A stretch of DNA of 64,000 bases from Octopus vulgaris (Eukaryota): assembly GCA_951406725.2 (NCBI GenBank), contig OX597814.1, positions 16,802,001 to 16,866,000 on the forward strand, given 5' to 3'. Below, in pieces: positions 26,073-42,061 of the stretch. Under the pieces are notes generated by a model. It ran no database searches and was not told where the DNA came from. It saw only the letters and a program-made list of their open reading frames with translations. How positions within the stretch are numbered: the first letter of the stretch is position 1; each line of letters begins with the position of its first letter. The position numbers were made by a program, and so were the translations under genes.

Positions 26073-26292
26073 ATTTCTTTACTACCCACAAGGGGCTAAA
26101 CATAGAGAGGACAAGGACAGACAAAGGGATTAAGTCAATTACATCGACCCCAGTGCGAAACTGGTACTTTATTTATCGACCCCGAAAGGATGAAAGGCAA
26201 AGTCGACCTCGGCGGAATTTGAACTCAGAACGTAACGACAGACGAAATACCGTTAAGCATTTCGCCCGGCGCGCTAACGTTTCTGCCAGCTG
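26073..26292 (-). mobile_element. SINE family C monomer
   Basis: Reverse-complement homology. Confidence 0.88.
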
Positions 26293-26319
26293 ATATGTTT
26301 ATGTGTGCGTGTGTGAATA

Positions 26320-26615
26320 CGCGTGGGTTAATGGTTGGGGTGATTCGGTTCACGAGTGTAAGCTTGTGAGTTCGATCTTTGGTGGTACGATGTCTCTTGA
26401 GCAAGACACTTTATTTCACGTTGCTCTAGGCAAAAATGAATTGTACCTGTATTCTAAAGGGCTAGCATTTTCATATTCTCATATCCTGCAGATCCTCGCT
26501 CGAGCGAGTTTAATGAAACGCATGTCTGTGAGATGCAGAGTCACTTGCACATTAATTTCACAATCAGGCTGTTCCGTTGATCGGATCAACTGGAACCCTC
26601 ATCGTCGTTATCGAC
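26320..26615 (+). mobile_element. Old CORE-like SINE carrying the family A tail
   Basis: cttgagcaagacactttatttcacgttgct followed by cacattaatttcac...ggctgttccgttgatcggatcaactggaaccc. Confidence 0.65.
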
Positions 26616-26696
26616 TTAGTGCCAGTATTTATAGATATGTATGTATCTTTCTCTCCTCTGTCTGTCCCTCTCTTTCTCTCTCTCTCTCTCCCTGTA

Positions 26697-26762
<66 letters not shown>

Positions 26763-26765
<3 letters not shown>

Positions 26766-27230
26766 AGTGCAATGGCCTAGTCGTTAGGGCAGCGGACTCG
26801 CGGTCGTAGGTTCGCGGTTTCGATTCCCAGACCGAGCATTGTGAGTGTTTATTGGGCAAAAACACCTAAAGCTTCACGAAGCTCCGGCAGGGGGTGGTAC
26901 TCAACTCTGTTGTACTCTTTCACCACAAATTTCTCTCGCTCTTTCTTCCTGTTTCTGTTGTACCTGTATTTCAAAGGGCCAGCCTTGTCACACTCTGTGT
27001 CACGCTGAATCTCCCTGAGAACTACGTTAAGGGTACACGTGTCTGTGAAATGTTCGGCCACTTCCACGTAAATAAATAAACTGCGATATCACTGGTGCCA
27101 AGTTGTATCGGGAGGCTGGTATGCATGGGATTCTGCTGGTCTTCCATAAACAACCTTGCCCAGACTTGTACCTCGGAGGGTAACTTTCTAGGTGCAATCT
27201 CATGGTTATTCATGGCCGAAGGGGGTCACA
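26763..27230 (+). mobile_element. SINE family A (to about 27070) followed by a family D tail fragment
   Basis: Homology to 1780-2149, then to the tail of 9124-9466. Confidence 0.8.
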
Positions 27231-27741
27231 ACAACAATATATATATATATATACATATATATGGAAATATAGAGAGTAATTGTCAATGATTTAGGATCAC
27301 TCTTGCTAGGGTAGCACTGACTTATGAAAGGTCACAGCCTATTCTGTTATCCGACATATCATCACTGCCACCAGTCCCCGAAATACTTGCAGAAAAACAA
27401 AACCTGTGGCGTGCAACCGTATTATATAACTAGTCTGTTGATATTGATATCAATATCTCTTTCTTCAACCAGTTTCGAAGACCCTACAAAATGTTCATAA
27501 ACGCTGAAATTCCTGCACGAATTTATTATAAAAGGAAAGAAATGCAATGCTTGTCTCCTACCGATGGACAACAGATACTTTCTTTGTTAGTTTTCCTGAC
27601 ATTGCAGTTTGTAGTAGATTTGAAAATTAATCTTGAGGTTGATTTAATTGATTGAAGACCTCAAATTGGAGGGACAGTATAGCAGCAAATCAAGAACTGT
27701 AACTATAAAGGATTAAAAGATTAAATTTTAATTCAAATATC

Positions 27742-28350
27742 TCAGTGGCTGTGACGTACGGAGTTTGCTATCCAACCACCTTATTCCAAGTTCAGTCCCA
27801 TTGCTTGATACTTGTAGCAATTGTCGTTTCCTATAGCTCCCGAGCTGACCAAGACCTCGTGAGTGGATTTGGTAGAGGGAAACTGCATGTATATATGTTT
27901 GTATGCGCGTGTGTCTTTCTTACTTCTTAATTGCCCACAAGGGGACTAAACATAGAGGGGACAAACAAGGACAGACAAAGGGATTAAGTCGATTAGATCG
28001 ATCCCAGTGCGTAACTGGTAGTTAATTTATCGACCCCGGAAGGATGAAAGGCAAAGTCGACCTCGGCAGAATTTGAACTCGGAAGGTAACAGAAGACGAA
28101 ATTCCGATAAGCAGTTCGTCCGGCGTGCTAATGTTTCTGCTAGCTCGACGCCTTGTGTGTGTCTTTATGTTTCTTTTTGTCTCCACCACACATTGAACCG
28201 GTTTGGTTATTTTACGGGTCCGTAATTTATAGGTCTATCAAAAATATGTATACCTAGCTTAAAATAAATACTAAGGTCGATTATTCCAACTAAACCCTTC
28301 AAGGTGGTTTCAAGGTGGTTTCGCAGTTCAGAGACAGAAATGATTAAAGG
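27742..28350 (+). mobile_element. Old SINE B copy split by an antisense SINE C (27918-28154)
   Basis: gtggctgtg...gtgagtggatttggtaga before the insert and ...gactgaaa-like tail after it. Confidence 0.6.
27918..28154 (-). mobile_element. SINE family C monomer
   Basis: Reverse-complement homology. Confidence 0.85.
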
Positions 28351-29648
28351 ATTAAAGAAATATAACTTAACTTGAATCAGAACACCATCTTTCAACAAGT
28401 ATCACCCAACGAGGAACTATTTAATAAAATTAGTTTCGAAAGAAAAAAGAATATGTTTGCAGGCAATATTTTAGCTGAACACTGAGCACATTATTTGACA
28501 GAGGGAGAGAAAAAAGGGAACAAGAGAAAATACAAGGCAAACTAGTATTATATTCATCAACCAGTAGTTTTCTTTAGGCGTCTTATCGTTGAGGAAGAGA
28601 TCCTGGAACAATATTCCCTATTGAAATCTGTGAGACAATCGGAATAAAATAAATTTAGAATATCATAAAGAATTCAAATAAAAGCAGAAAAAAAATTAAT
28701 TTAACAAAATTCAGATTCATTTCACACCTAAAGGCAATAGCATTCGGCCAAGATATAAATGAGCTGTTGTTGGAGTTGTCTTCCTTTAAAAAGAAAAAAA
28801 GAAGGGGAAGCATTATTGGTTAAATATCAGTAATTATGGGAAAACAAATTAACTAAATATTTCTTTCATAGAATATTAAGACACCCTATGAATAATGACG
28901 ATTCCCCGAAGAAAATATCATCATTTTGTATTTGTGAATCAATATTTAAGAGAGGCACAAACATGAATAATTTTCAATGTTATTTGACAACACATATAAA
29001 ATCTTAAATCCTTAGGCCATTGGCCTTCGGTTGAGATTTTAACACTGTTTTAAATATGAAAAGATGTATTTAGAAAGTTTAATGCAAATGGAAAATAAAT
29101 TTAATCTGCAAAAAAAGAAAAAAATGTTAAATGAAATGAATTACAATAAGCAGTGAGAATAGATTTTAATGTGATGCAATGATGCAGGAGTTATGAGCAT
29201 CTTTAGCTGACAATTGATATCAATTAGCATGAAGCCTGTTTAACATTTTAGAAATAATCCATGGTTTCAAAGTGTTCACAACTATTAATTATTTTAAAGG
29301 AAATAAAAATAAATAAAAGAATATAAACATACCTCAGTGTTGCAATGCATAAAATGCTATATCCTGTATTATACAGTAAATACGACCGCAGTTGCATGGC
29401 TGAAACTAGGAAAAGAGTAAAAAGTATAATCAGCACCAACAAGCTTCCATATTTTGCCTGGCCATCGTGTTAGTCAATGGGCATACAAGATAGACGAGTG
29501 GTAACGGTTTCTTCGTATAGCTGATGCTTTATCGTTGTCTTTAGGTATCAGTGTGGTTTACAGTGGTACACATTCTTCGTTTGCTCTCAAAATGTGCGTC
29601 TAGATTGGCGAATCTGGTGTTTTATATCGCTGTACACTGTATTTTTTA

Positions 29649-29704
<56 letters not shown>

Positions 29705-29739
29705 TAAGGATAATAATAATTTATAGAAAAAATCAGCAA

Positions 29740-30988
29740 GCTACTGACTTGTAATAAGATGCACCATCCAAAAGCAAACGTGGATCTTCTTTACCTTCAC
29801 AGAGCTCAGGGAGGCCGTGGCTTGATCCAGATTGAACTTAAGTACAAAACCACCACAATCGGACTGGCCAAATACCTTGAAACAACCAACGATTGGATGC
29901 TAAAACATGAAAGGCCGAAAACTTATATTCTATTCTGAAAGAAAGCAAAAAATTCGCTACTGATCTCTTAGATACCTACCAGATTAATCAGGTTGAAGGA
30001 AATGCGTGCACTGCAGCTGCAAAGAAAAAAATTAATTGCAAAGACAAGAGCACATGAAAAATTAGCTAGCAGTTGGGAACAAAAACCTCTGTATGGCAAG
30101 TATGTGACCCGTAGCAAACAGGCTGAAGTGGACCTGAAACACACGCACTAATGGTTACGAAGCTCAGGGCTAAAAGCATAGAGTGAAGGTTTCATATTAG
30201 CTGCTCAAGACCAAAGCTTATTAAATCGGAACTACCAAGCCAATGTGATAAAAAATGGAGCTGGCCCTGAATGCCGATTCTGTAACAGTGAAATTGAAAC
30301 AATAGACCACCTAATCTGTAGAATATAAAGCAAGACATGACAAAGTCGGCCAGTATTTACACTGGACAATATGTCGGCATTATAAAATCAAAACCGCTGA
30401 CAAATGGTAGAAACTCCATCCTAAAGTTGTGACTGAGGGAGAAAATGTGTCGATTCTATGGGACTTCCCCTTACATACCGACAAAACTATAAAAGCTAAT
30501 AAACCGGATATTATTATAAAAGATCAGACAAAAAAGGTGTGTTTATTAATTGACATGAATATTCCTTGCGATCACAATATAGTGGCGAAAGAATTTGACA
30601 AGATCAGTAAATATAAAGACTTGCTAATAGAAACGGAAAAAATGTGGCATCTCAAGGTGACTACAGTACCAGTGACTGTAGGATCTCTAAGAATGATAAA
30701 AAAATGGTACTGAAACCTATTTGAAAATGATACCAGGCTTACTATCCCTACAGGAAATGCAAACAATCGTGTTAACTGGAACGACTCATGTACTGAGAAG
30801 AGCATTATTACTGTGAAAACAACATACTTTCATGAATATATTTATTTTTAATTTTTTTTAAATACATATTTTACCTGTGAATTTGCGTGTGTAATCTGGG
30901 AATGCATACAATGAGCTTCTCTGTCCTAGGTGTGCGGAAAACACTCGGCGAGAAATGGAACGAAATTTGAAGAAAGAAGGAAAAAAAT
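29740..30988 (+). mobile_element. Second R4/Dong-type lineage, 3' half, decayed
   Basis: MHHPKANVDLLYLHRAQGGRGL, LAAQDQSL..RNY, CRFC..EIETIDHL, RHDKV, ANKPDII, KYKDL.IE..KMW. Preceded by (TAA)n. Confidence 0.88.
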
Positions 30989-31149
30989 AACAAGGCACTT
31001 CCATCCCTGCCTCGGCAATATCTGACCTAAAATTTTCAAATCATCGCACTCGCGCCAAATTTATCGGCAGCAAATAAATATAAGCCGCCGATTCCATTAC
31101 GGAATTAACCAGAAAATATCTGTGATAATATCTGTTCCGATCTGGCTGC

Positions 31150-31252
31150 TTCTTACTGACGAATCTATCGGCCTATGGAAGATTGGCTTGATTTAATTTA
31201 ATCAGGTTAGTTTACCATTAAACAATAGATGAAACGGTGCATCGTATAAGAA
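31150..31252 (+). ncRNA. Type-I hammerhead ribozyme with very long stem II
   Basis: UUCUUA CUGACGA AUCUAU...(internal hairpin)...AUAGAU GAAA CG-GUGCAU-CG UA UAAGAA. Perfect stem I and stem II base, near-palindromic stem III, predicted cleavage after 31246. Confidence 0.88.
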
Positions 31253-31375
31253 ACTACAGGGTAAATGTTTTTTTAATTTTCTCCTGGTTTGCGGAATTAA
31301 TGTTATTTTGCGGTTGAAGCTTTGGCTGTTATTTCTAGTGGGTGAATGGCCTATTATGGCCGTTCCTTGATTGTG

Positions 31376-31454
<79 letters not shown>

Positions 31455-31481
31455 CATATATATATACATGTATTTATATAA

Positions 31482-31556
<75 letters not shown>

Positions 31557-31563
31557 TATATAC

Positions 31564-31643
<80 letters not shown>

Positions 31644-31648
<5 letters not shown>

Positions 31649-32187
31649 CAAAACGCCACCCCCACCCCCACCCAATGGACGGTGTTGAATCATATCTGTT
31701 GAATAAAAAGCAACCAGTGTTTACTTTTCATTAAAAAATAATTAAGCATGCCGTTATTTCAATAATTTTTTTGGTTTTGTTAAACGAAGTTAAGGGAAAA
31801 AAACTACTTGAGAAGGCAAATAGTCTTTCCTTCCTTCAAGTTTGAAGAAAATATCTCTTTTGCATCTTACTATTTTGGTCTCTTAAATATACTGCATTTT
31901 GTGGCATTATTTCAAGCCAGCCGCTTTTGTTTACGTAAACTGCACGTGCATTTTTCTCGCGTACGCATAGTATCAATCGCAACAGCTGATGTACTTGCGC
32001 GTACAAATGCACGTTCCCACGACTTTATCGATTGCATTCTCACCTGGTATCGATTTTTGCAATTTTTTCAAGACTTATACATGCCCTAATATCGTCGGCA
32101 TCTACATATCAAATTTGAGCGCAATCGGAGGATGCCCGAGATTCTAGAAGACATACACACAGACAGACATAACGGATTTTATAATAT
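31644..32187 (-). mobile_element. Probable second non-autonomous Helitron family
   Basis: Minus-strand start tatattataaaatccgttatgtctgtctgtg, ccgattgcgctcaaatttg motif and degenerate gCTAA|T end. Lies between (TA)n runs. Confidence 0.45.
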
Positions 32188-32286
32188 ATATATATATATA
32201 TATATACGTATATACGTGACCACGTGTGTATCGTTGGCGATTTTCTTTCCTCCGTATTCCCTTCCTTGGATCTTTCCTTTCCCTAT

Positions 32287-32322
32287 GTTTCTGGCGAAGA
32301 GCTCCGCTCGAAACGTTAAATC
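32287..32322 (+). ncRNA. Degenerate minimal hammerhead (A6G) in a pLTR-like island
   Basis: GUUU CUGGCGA A GAGC-UCC-GCUC GAAA CGU UA AAUC, with palindromic AACGUU. Island about 32210-32410 lies between (TA)n runs. Confidence 0.6.
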
Positions 32323-32422
32323 CTCCTTCTTTCTTTCCTTTCCTGGGCGTCCAATAACACTATACTTGTTCCACGTCCTTGCGTTGTTGTGTTTTCATGT
32401 TTGGATTAGCTATATATACATC

Positions 32423-32479
<57 letters not shown>

Positions 32480-32579
32480 CGATACGCATATACCTATATA
32501 TACACACATATACATATGTGTGTATATGTATTTGTGTGTGCATGTATACATACATATATGTATATATATATACATATAA

Positions 32580-32653
<74 letters not shown>

Positions 32654-33293
32654 TCAAACAGGTATACGTGAATTCATGTGTATGTGTATCTATATACACG
32701 TGCATACGCGCTGCTGTTTATGGGCTAATATATTTTGTTAGTAACTGGCCGCCTGAGAGAGAGAGATAGAGAGAGAGAGATTAATATTGAGAGAGAAATT
32801 AAGAGAGTGTATGTAAGTGTATATATAATTGCATTTGGATGTATCTCAATGTGAGCTTTTACGGCAGCGGGTGCGTGCGTATTAAGCACGTTCGTGCGTG
32901 CTTACGCTTTAGAAGTTTTCAAAATGCCATCTCGTATGTATAAACGAGAGAGAAGGTCATTGGAAACAAACAGCTTTTGGAAGAAATACATAAGTACATC
33001 AATACATACAAGTATCTCATATTATATTATAAAATAAACTTGAAACTTGGAAATTTATATTATATTCATATATCTATATATATGTTTGTCTTTTTTTTTT
33101 TTTTGTTTTTCAATCAAAACTTATAAAATTTAGTTCCTAGGTATATTTATTTTGCAATTTGTATTTCCAATATCACATATATTTATTTCACATATTTCTT
33201 GGTATGATATGTTGGAATATTGCGTGTGTATAATTTAATTAGCTGAATAAATAATAAATAACAAATGTATATATTTGTGAGTGTATGCATTTA

Positions 33294-33330
<37 letters not shown>

Positions 33331-33548
33331 GTATATATATATATATATATGCATATATATACATATGTACATATGTACATATATATATGTACATTTGCAC
33401 ATTTGTTTATATGCCTATTTTTATTTATATATACATATACATATATATATATACATATATACATATATATGTATGTATATATATAAAATATATATATATA
33501 TATATATATATAATATTTACATATATATGTATGTATATATAATATACA

Positions 33549-33591
<43 letters not shown>

Positions 33592-34100
33592 GTATATATA
33601 AATAATAATATGCATATACACAAATGTATGCATATATGTGTGTATGAGTTTGTATACCCTGTATAAATGTATATTACAAATATACACGAACATGCACACA
33701 CACACACACAGGTATATATACATACATATACACACATGTATATAGATATTCACATATATATATACATATATATACACACACATATATATATACATAGAGA
33801 CACATATACATTTAAGTATAAATGTATGTACATATATATTTATGTGTGTATGTGTTTGTGTGTGTCAAGCGTATATACTTAAATCAAAGGATAAAATTAA
33901 ACGGAAAGCCTAGAAAAATAAAAAAAAATAAAAAATAAACGTGACTGAACGAACAAACGAATGAATGAAAGAGTTTAACAACAATAACAACTACAAGAAG
34001 AGTGAAACGGCAGAAGAATCTGAAAATATATTTACATGATATTAACGTTACCATTCCATATATATATATATATATATATATAAATATAACAAGGTAAATA

Positions 34101-34135
<35 letters not shown>

Positions 34136-34174
34136 ACATATAGTTATACCTACATATATATACATATGCATACA

Positions 34175-34224
<50 letters not shown>

Positions 34225-34515
34225 TACATATACATACATATTCATGCAAACATATATATATAAACATATATATATACACATACATATACATACATATATA
34301 CATATAAACGTACACATGTATGTGTGTATAAGTGCATATGTGTATATGTGTTCCCGGTGTGTATGAATGCATGTATATGTTTGTGTGTTTGTGAGTTCAT
34401 ACTCAACTACACACACAAACGTAGAGGAGTGTGCCGAAGGACATATTTTCTTATAGATTATTATTAATATTATCATCAGCACCACCACCACCACTACCAC
34501 CACCACCACCATACC

Positions 34516-34548
<33 letters not shown>

Positions 34549-34677
34549 GTCGTCGTCATCATCGTGGTTGTTGTGGCTGTTCTTGTTATCATTATTATTA
34601 TTATTACTGTTGTTGTTGATAGTTTGTTTTGATCGATTTTATTGAAGTTATCGTTATTATTTTTGTGTTGCGTTGCG

Positions 34678-34709
<32 letters not shown>

Positions 34710-35544
34710 GGTCTTCGTCGTCGTCATCATCGTCGTCGTCATCGGCGTCGTCGGTGTCTTCATCGTTGTCGCCATCGTCGTTAATATTTATATCGGTATT
34801 ATTAATAAGTTCGGTTTTGTTGTTGTTGTTCTTGTTCTTGCTATCGTATTTTCCGTATTATTGTTGCTGGTCATGTTGGTGATGATGTTGGCTCTTGTGG
34901 TAGTGTTGCCATTATATTTTTTTGTTGCTGTTGTTGTTATCGTTGTTGCCATTATTATTACATTTTTACCACTCAATATATCTTGTGCCCTTTTTATTGT
35001 TATATATTTCAATGAAAACCTGATAGGTTTATGTACACGTTTCATATAACATCGTTTCCTTGCAACAACGATAACATTACCGGCACCCTCTCTAAGTCTC
35101 CACTACCACCAAGGCCACCACATAATCCCCACCAACCAAACACCGCACTCTTCTCTCGGCTGTCACCCACCACCACCACCACCACCACCACCTCCACCAC
35201 CACTACGACCTACCACCATCTTCAGTTTTGCTGCCACACTAACTTCACACTCTTAGAAGATACCTCCTTCTCGGAATCACGTGGAGAACATTCACAATCC
35301 GAAATATAGCGGTCCAAAACATTCGATGGTTTCTTTATTAGAATATTTCAAAACTGTCTAGCACATGCCCCTGGCCTAAGTCATCATTTTCACCTTAAAT
35401 TTATGGATATTATTATTTCCAGAGCAGATCATAATCTGCAGATCATTGGAGCTTAAAAATTACATGGTTTTATTGGCCAATAACAACTTTTTCTTCAAGT
35501 TTGAAGCAATATTATTATTGTTCTTGCTGTTATTATTGTTGTTG

Positions 35545-37140
<1,596 letters not shown>

Positions 37141-37158
37141 ATTTGTATATTGACAGCG

Positions 37159-37445
37159 TGAAGGCGCGTGGCCTAGTGGTGATGGTGTTGCATTCGCGAT
37201 TGGCAGACTATGGTTTCGATTCCTGGACCGAGCGGCATGTTGTGTTCTTCAGTAAAACACTTCCTTTCACGTTGCTCCAGTCCACTTATCTGTAACTGGG
37301 TAACCCTGCGATGGAATAGTCTTCCGATCGGTAAGAATACTGATCTGTTCGCCTAGCCAGAGGGGTGGCATCATTTGAAGGCTAAAAGAATGCAATGCGC
37401 ATTGTGATGAGCGATTTATAAGAAGATCCGATAGTCTGTTCAATA
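37159..37445 (+). mobile_element. CORE-like SINE with a different tail
   Basis: tRNA head plus ttgtgttctt.ag.aa..cact...tttcacgttgctccagtccact. Confidence 0.7.
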
Positions 37446-38289
37446 CCATAATATCGATAGTAGATTTTTTAGTTTTTGTAAGCTATAGAATGTATTTATT
37501 TTTTAATTTCTTTTACTATCCCCGCCTTTAGATTGTCATATGTTTGCTCTTAACTTTTACAATTTTCTGTTTTTAAATATATCTCATATTATTTTTATGA
37601 ATAATGCATTTTTACTTGTATTGTTCAGGTGTGCTTTTTAAAATCCTTATTCTTCAGGTTTTCAGGGGTCCGGTTTTATGGTACTTTTCCTCAACGGAAT
37701 CACTTTGACGTTGATATGGATCATGGTTAGGCAGTTTGTGAAGAGAAAATTAAGTAATAACAACACTAAAGATGAATGTTAAAAATGAACAACAAAAATA
37801 CTGTCCAATCAGATAAAACAACCAAATAGCAAAATATTAGCTAACGCTACCACCACCACCACTATCACCATCACCACCACTATCACCACCATGAACAGTA
37901 GCAACAATAACAACAACGACACCAACACCAACATTTCTTCCATTCTGCAGTCGGTAGCATCCTATTTAAATCTAGCGTCAGCAGCAACAGGAGCGATATC
38001 ACGGCTGCTACTAGGATCGCTTGCTTGTAAGCGCAGTAAGAGCCTCGGAGTAAAACAGTTACGAACAGATCATTCAAGAGAATCTAGATGACTCGTAGGG
38101 GACAATTATAGGAAACTAAAATAACCAGATATGTAAAAAAAAAAAAAAAATTTTTTTTAAAAAGGACAGAAAAATAAAAAGGGCAGAAAAGTCTCTTTCA
38201 GTCGCGTCTCTCGAGATAAATTAAAAATAACGAAAATAGGTATTGAAATTGGGAAGGTGAAAGAATCGGACTAAGTACAGTGATTTGCT

Positions 38290-38700
38290 TGAATGCAGAG
38301 TAGAATCTGTAAAAACGTCGCCACTCCAGGTAGGGAATACGTAATGGTGGATGATAGATTCTTCCTTGATTTTATAACGAGAAGCTCATTCACTGCTCAG
38401 TTTTAATATGATAAGTTCAACCTTATTCTATTATTATACACAGAGCGTGTGAGAAGTGTATGGCTAATGGTTGATATACTACCATAGATAATGATTCTGT
38501 AGAAAGTGGCAGCCGGTGTGATGAAGAGAATTGAAAGGCTACTCTGGAAGCATAGAGGCTGCCAAGGTTGAAGAGAGAAAAGTTCCTGATGCAAACAGGG
38601 GAATCCCTAAAGCATCCCCAGTCTGTCTGAGTTGTAAAATGGCGTCCAGTTGTCGGTAGGGCTGGTGATGGAAGGAAGTAGCTAGTTCCATGTAAAAACT
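38290..38700 (-). pseudogene. Possible very old CR1/L2-like LINE 3' relic
   Basis: Weak SLQP...SSLS...FYR and SLP-like fragments. Confidence 0.25.
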
Positions 38701-38814
38701 CTAGAAATCAAACCTCATGATGATGCTAAGTTCACAACATCATCAATGAAACTAACAGAACAACATCCAAAACCACAGTAGGTATAGAAACAGTGGCAGC
38801 AACAGCAGCAGCAG

Positions 38815-39180
38815 TGGAGGCGCAATGTCCCAGTGGTTAGGGCAGCGGACTCGCGGTTGGAGGATCGCGGTTTCGATTCCCAGACCGGGCGTTGTGTGTG
38901 TTTATTGAGCGAAAACACCTAAAGTTCGACGAGGCTCCGGCAGGGGGTGGTGGCGACCCCTGCTGTACTCTTTCGCCCCAACTTTCTCTCACTCTTTCTT
39001 CCTGTTTCTTTTCCCCGACGTCCTACGCAACCGCTGAGTCTGGATGCGCATTCATCCATCCGTCAGTGCTCTCGGTGTCGGGGGTTGACCTGCTTTCTCT
39101 TCTGCGGGTCTTAAAAATAGCAAAGGACCACGTTTCGGAGTTCTCCCATCTTGCAAGCTCTGGGGCGAAGACCGTTCGCT
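38815..39180 (+). mobile_element. SINE with family A head and body but a different 3' tail
   Basis: Matches family A to about 39009, then continues as an unrelated GC-richer tail. Confidence 0.75.
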
Positions 39181-40561
39181 CAACAGCAGCAGCAACAGCA
39201 GCAGCAACAACCGCCACAACTGCAGCAAAAGCGAGGGCAATTGCAACTTCAATGAAGAGATTCTAAAATCAGAGAACAAAACGAGCGAATACAACCAAAA
39301 GATGCTTTACAGAAGAGCACAACCACCACTGCCGTCACCACTATCAGTACAACTTAAACATACACATGTGTCACATCGTTTTCTCTTTCTCGGAGCTCTC
39401 TGAATCCAAGTCTCTCTCGTGCGACGAGGTGAAGACGAACGGCTTGTCACAAAACGTTTATTCGGAGCGGAGGGGGAAGAAATATAAGAATGCTGCTTTC
39501 AAACGGCTGGAATATTCGACAGGATGGTACGCAAGAGTGTTATCTTCTCGTGAAGTACATTTTCCAAAACCGCAACTCTTTCACGGTATTGCACTCCCTG
39601 GTCTATTGAAGACCAAGATTTTGTGTCTTGCATCTTGATTTTTATCAAGCGCACTTATCTTTCTATAAGATGGCAAGTGAATATGAAGATCGAGGACTTT
39701 TTCAAGAAAACTTTGGTTGTCGATAAGAATCGCAGAATATATTAAAAAAAATATATGTAATAGCTAATTCAAATGAACAAACGGAGAAGAGCTGTCAGCC
39801 GTCCGCAGATCGCCTCACATCCGCAGAATGCGAGCATAATATTTTCGTAGAGTTTTGGCGAACTATAGTCGTCGCATGTGGTTTCGTATTCAACTCCTCG
39901 TTAATTTATCAATGTAATTACTATGTTCTATGTCCTTGACCGGGAAGAGCAATTGTTTTTCAGTTGTTTGATGATTATTGTGGAAAAAATTGTGGTGACA
40001 CGTCTAAGTGACTGAAGAGGGATACGTTTCACGCTTCAGTTAACCTTTCATTGTTGTACCCAAGTTTTACTTAAAGAAGATGAAGATAGAAATGATGTGC
40101 TGCCCTGCAGCAAGTAGGCTAGAAACCAGCATTGTCCTATCCTACAAGTCTTCACTCAATATGTACCCATAAGAGGTGGGGACAATCTGATTCTTGTTAT
40201 TCAGAAAAATCGTTGATATTTTGGTTTATTTTGATTTATCTTGGTTGTTCCTAAGCAGCAGCTGCCCCATCGCAACCCTTCATTTCGGATTTTTCCCTTG
40301 TTGTTATATATTGGCAGTTTTGCTACCTTCTGCTTTACTTAAAAAACGACCATTTTATTTGCATTTTGTCACTGTACACGTCCTTGCTGGATGAATCATT
40401 AGCGCTCAGGGGAAATAGGTTACTGGTGTTTCATCCGCATTAACCTTCTGAGAGCAAATTCCACCAAAGACGACGTTGCCTCTTTTCAACATTTCGGGTA
40501 GATAAAATATGCACCAGTTGTACTTTGAAGTGCCCACCACCTTTGTCCAAAAATTTGAAAC

Positions 40562-40651
<90 letters not shown>

Positions 40652-40659
40652 CATTATTA

Positions 40660-40743
<84 letters not shown>

Positions 40744-40750
40744 TTATTAT

Positions 40751-40885
40751 TGCCTTTGCACAGCTTCAAGCGCTGGAGATGTACTACAGTGTCAGCTGTT
40801 CACTACCAGTGAACTTAGGTAACCCCTCTTATATTTCGATCACCTTCCGGAGTATTCGATCGGTTCCAAGCAGTGAGATTTTCTG
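40751..40885 (-). mobile_element. 3'-terminal fragment of another R4/Dong-type lineage
   Basis: QKISLLGTDRILRKVIEI* then a UTR with acctaag and a (TAA)n tail. Confidence 0.75.
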
Positions 40886-41990
40886 CCCCTATTGCAGCCC
40901 CTATTTGTCCCACGTACTTCTCGAGAGTTTTGCTCATATATATATATATATATATATATGTATATTCTGATATTCACATCATTGAATTTTTGAATTTTTG
41001 AATTCAATTGTGTTGTTGCAATACAATGTGTGTTTACGAATTTGGGTTATATATTAAAGTTTTAAAGTTTTCTTGAGATGTTCGTTTGTCCAGTTGGAGA
41101 AAACAGGACTTTTGTAATGAAAAGGGTGTTTGCATTTTCGAACACTCAGGTAAAGTCAAAAAGAAAGAAAACAAGTTGTAGATAGTAAAGTTTGAATTAA
41201 GATTTACTAAATATGGTCTTTTGTATGATCGCACAGAGATAAATAGTAGTGATCTTAGAATAAAAAGGAGGATGCTGTTCACATTTTCGTATACTAATGG
41301 ACAGAGAGGAAAGGATAAATCGTCACACATTAGTTGTAGATTTTGGAGGATATTTTTAAGCTGATCATTTGTCTGTTCAAAAGCTGTAGGTATGTAAGTT
41401 TCCTAACTTATTTCATTTTGAGGGAGATTTAAAATATTCACAAGAAATTGTAGATATTCCAGTCTTTGGGAATAGTAGGAGGAAGAGATGCTCACCTTGT
41501 TGGATTTTTCAATTTCTGAATTTCTTTCTCTTTTTCTTTTGGAATTTTTCTTTTCTTTTTTAAAGTTTTGCTGTGGTTTACTGTTTTTGTTGTTGCGCAG
41601 TAAGTATATATTGGCAGGTGCTTACTTCCTTAATTTTCTATCGTGCATTTAAGTGTGCTGTTAGAATAAAAGGCACGTTTACATATTCTGTTAGTCAGAG
41701 AAGAAGGGAAGATAAAATGTTCACACAAAATTGGAGATATTAAAGTTTCCAAATTTTTTGAGGTGTTCGTTTGTATGTCCAAAGCTGTTGATATATAAAT
41801 TCCTTAACTTATTTTGAGGGAAATTCAAAATACTCACAGAAAACTGTAGATATTCCAGTCTTTAATAGTTATTTTTTTCAGTTGTCCTGCTGGGTTGTAT
41901 TAATGTTTCTGTCTCTTCAGCTGCTGACAGGTCAGAGCAGCAAAGAACACGTCCAGCCTCTGTCACCTCCAGCCTCTGCCACGTCCAGCC

Positions 41991-42057
<67 letters not shown>

Positions 42058-42061
<4 letters not shown>

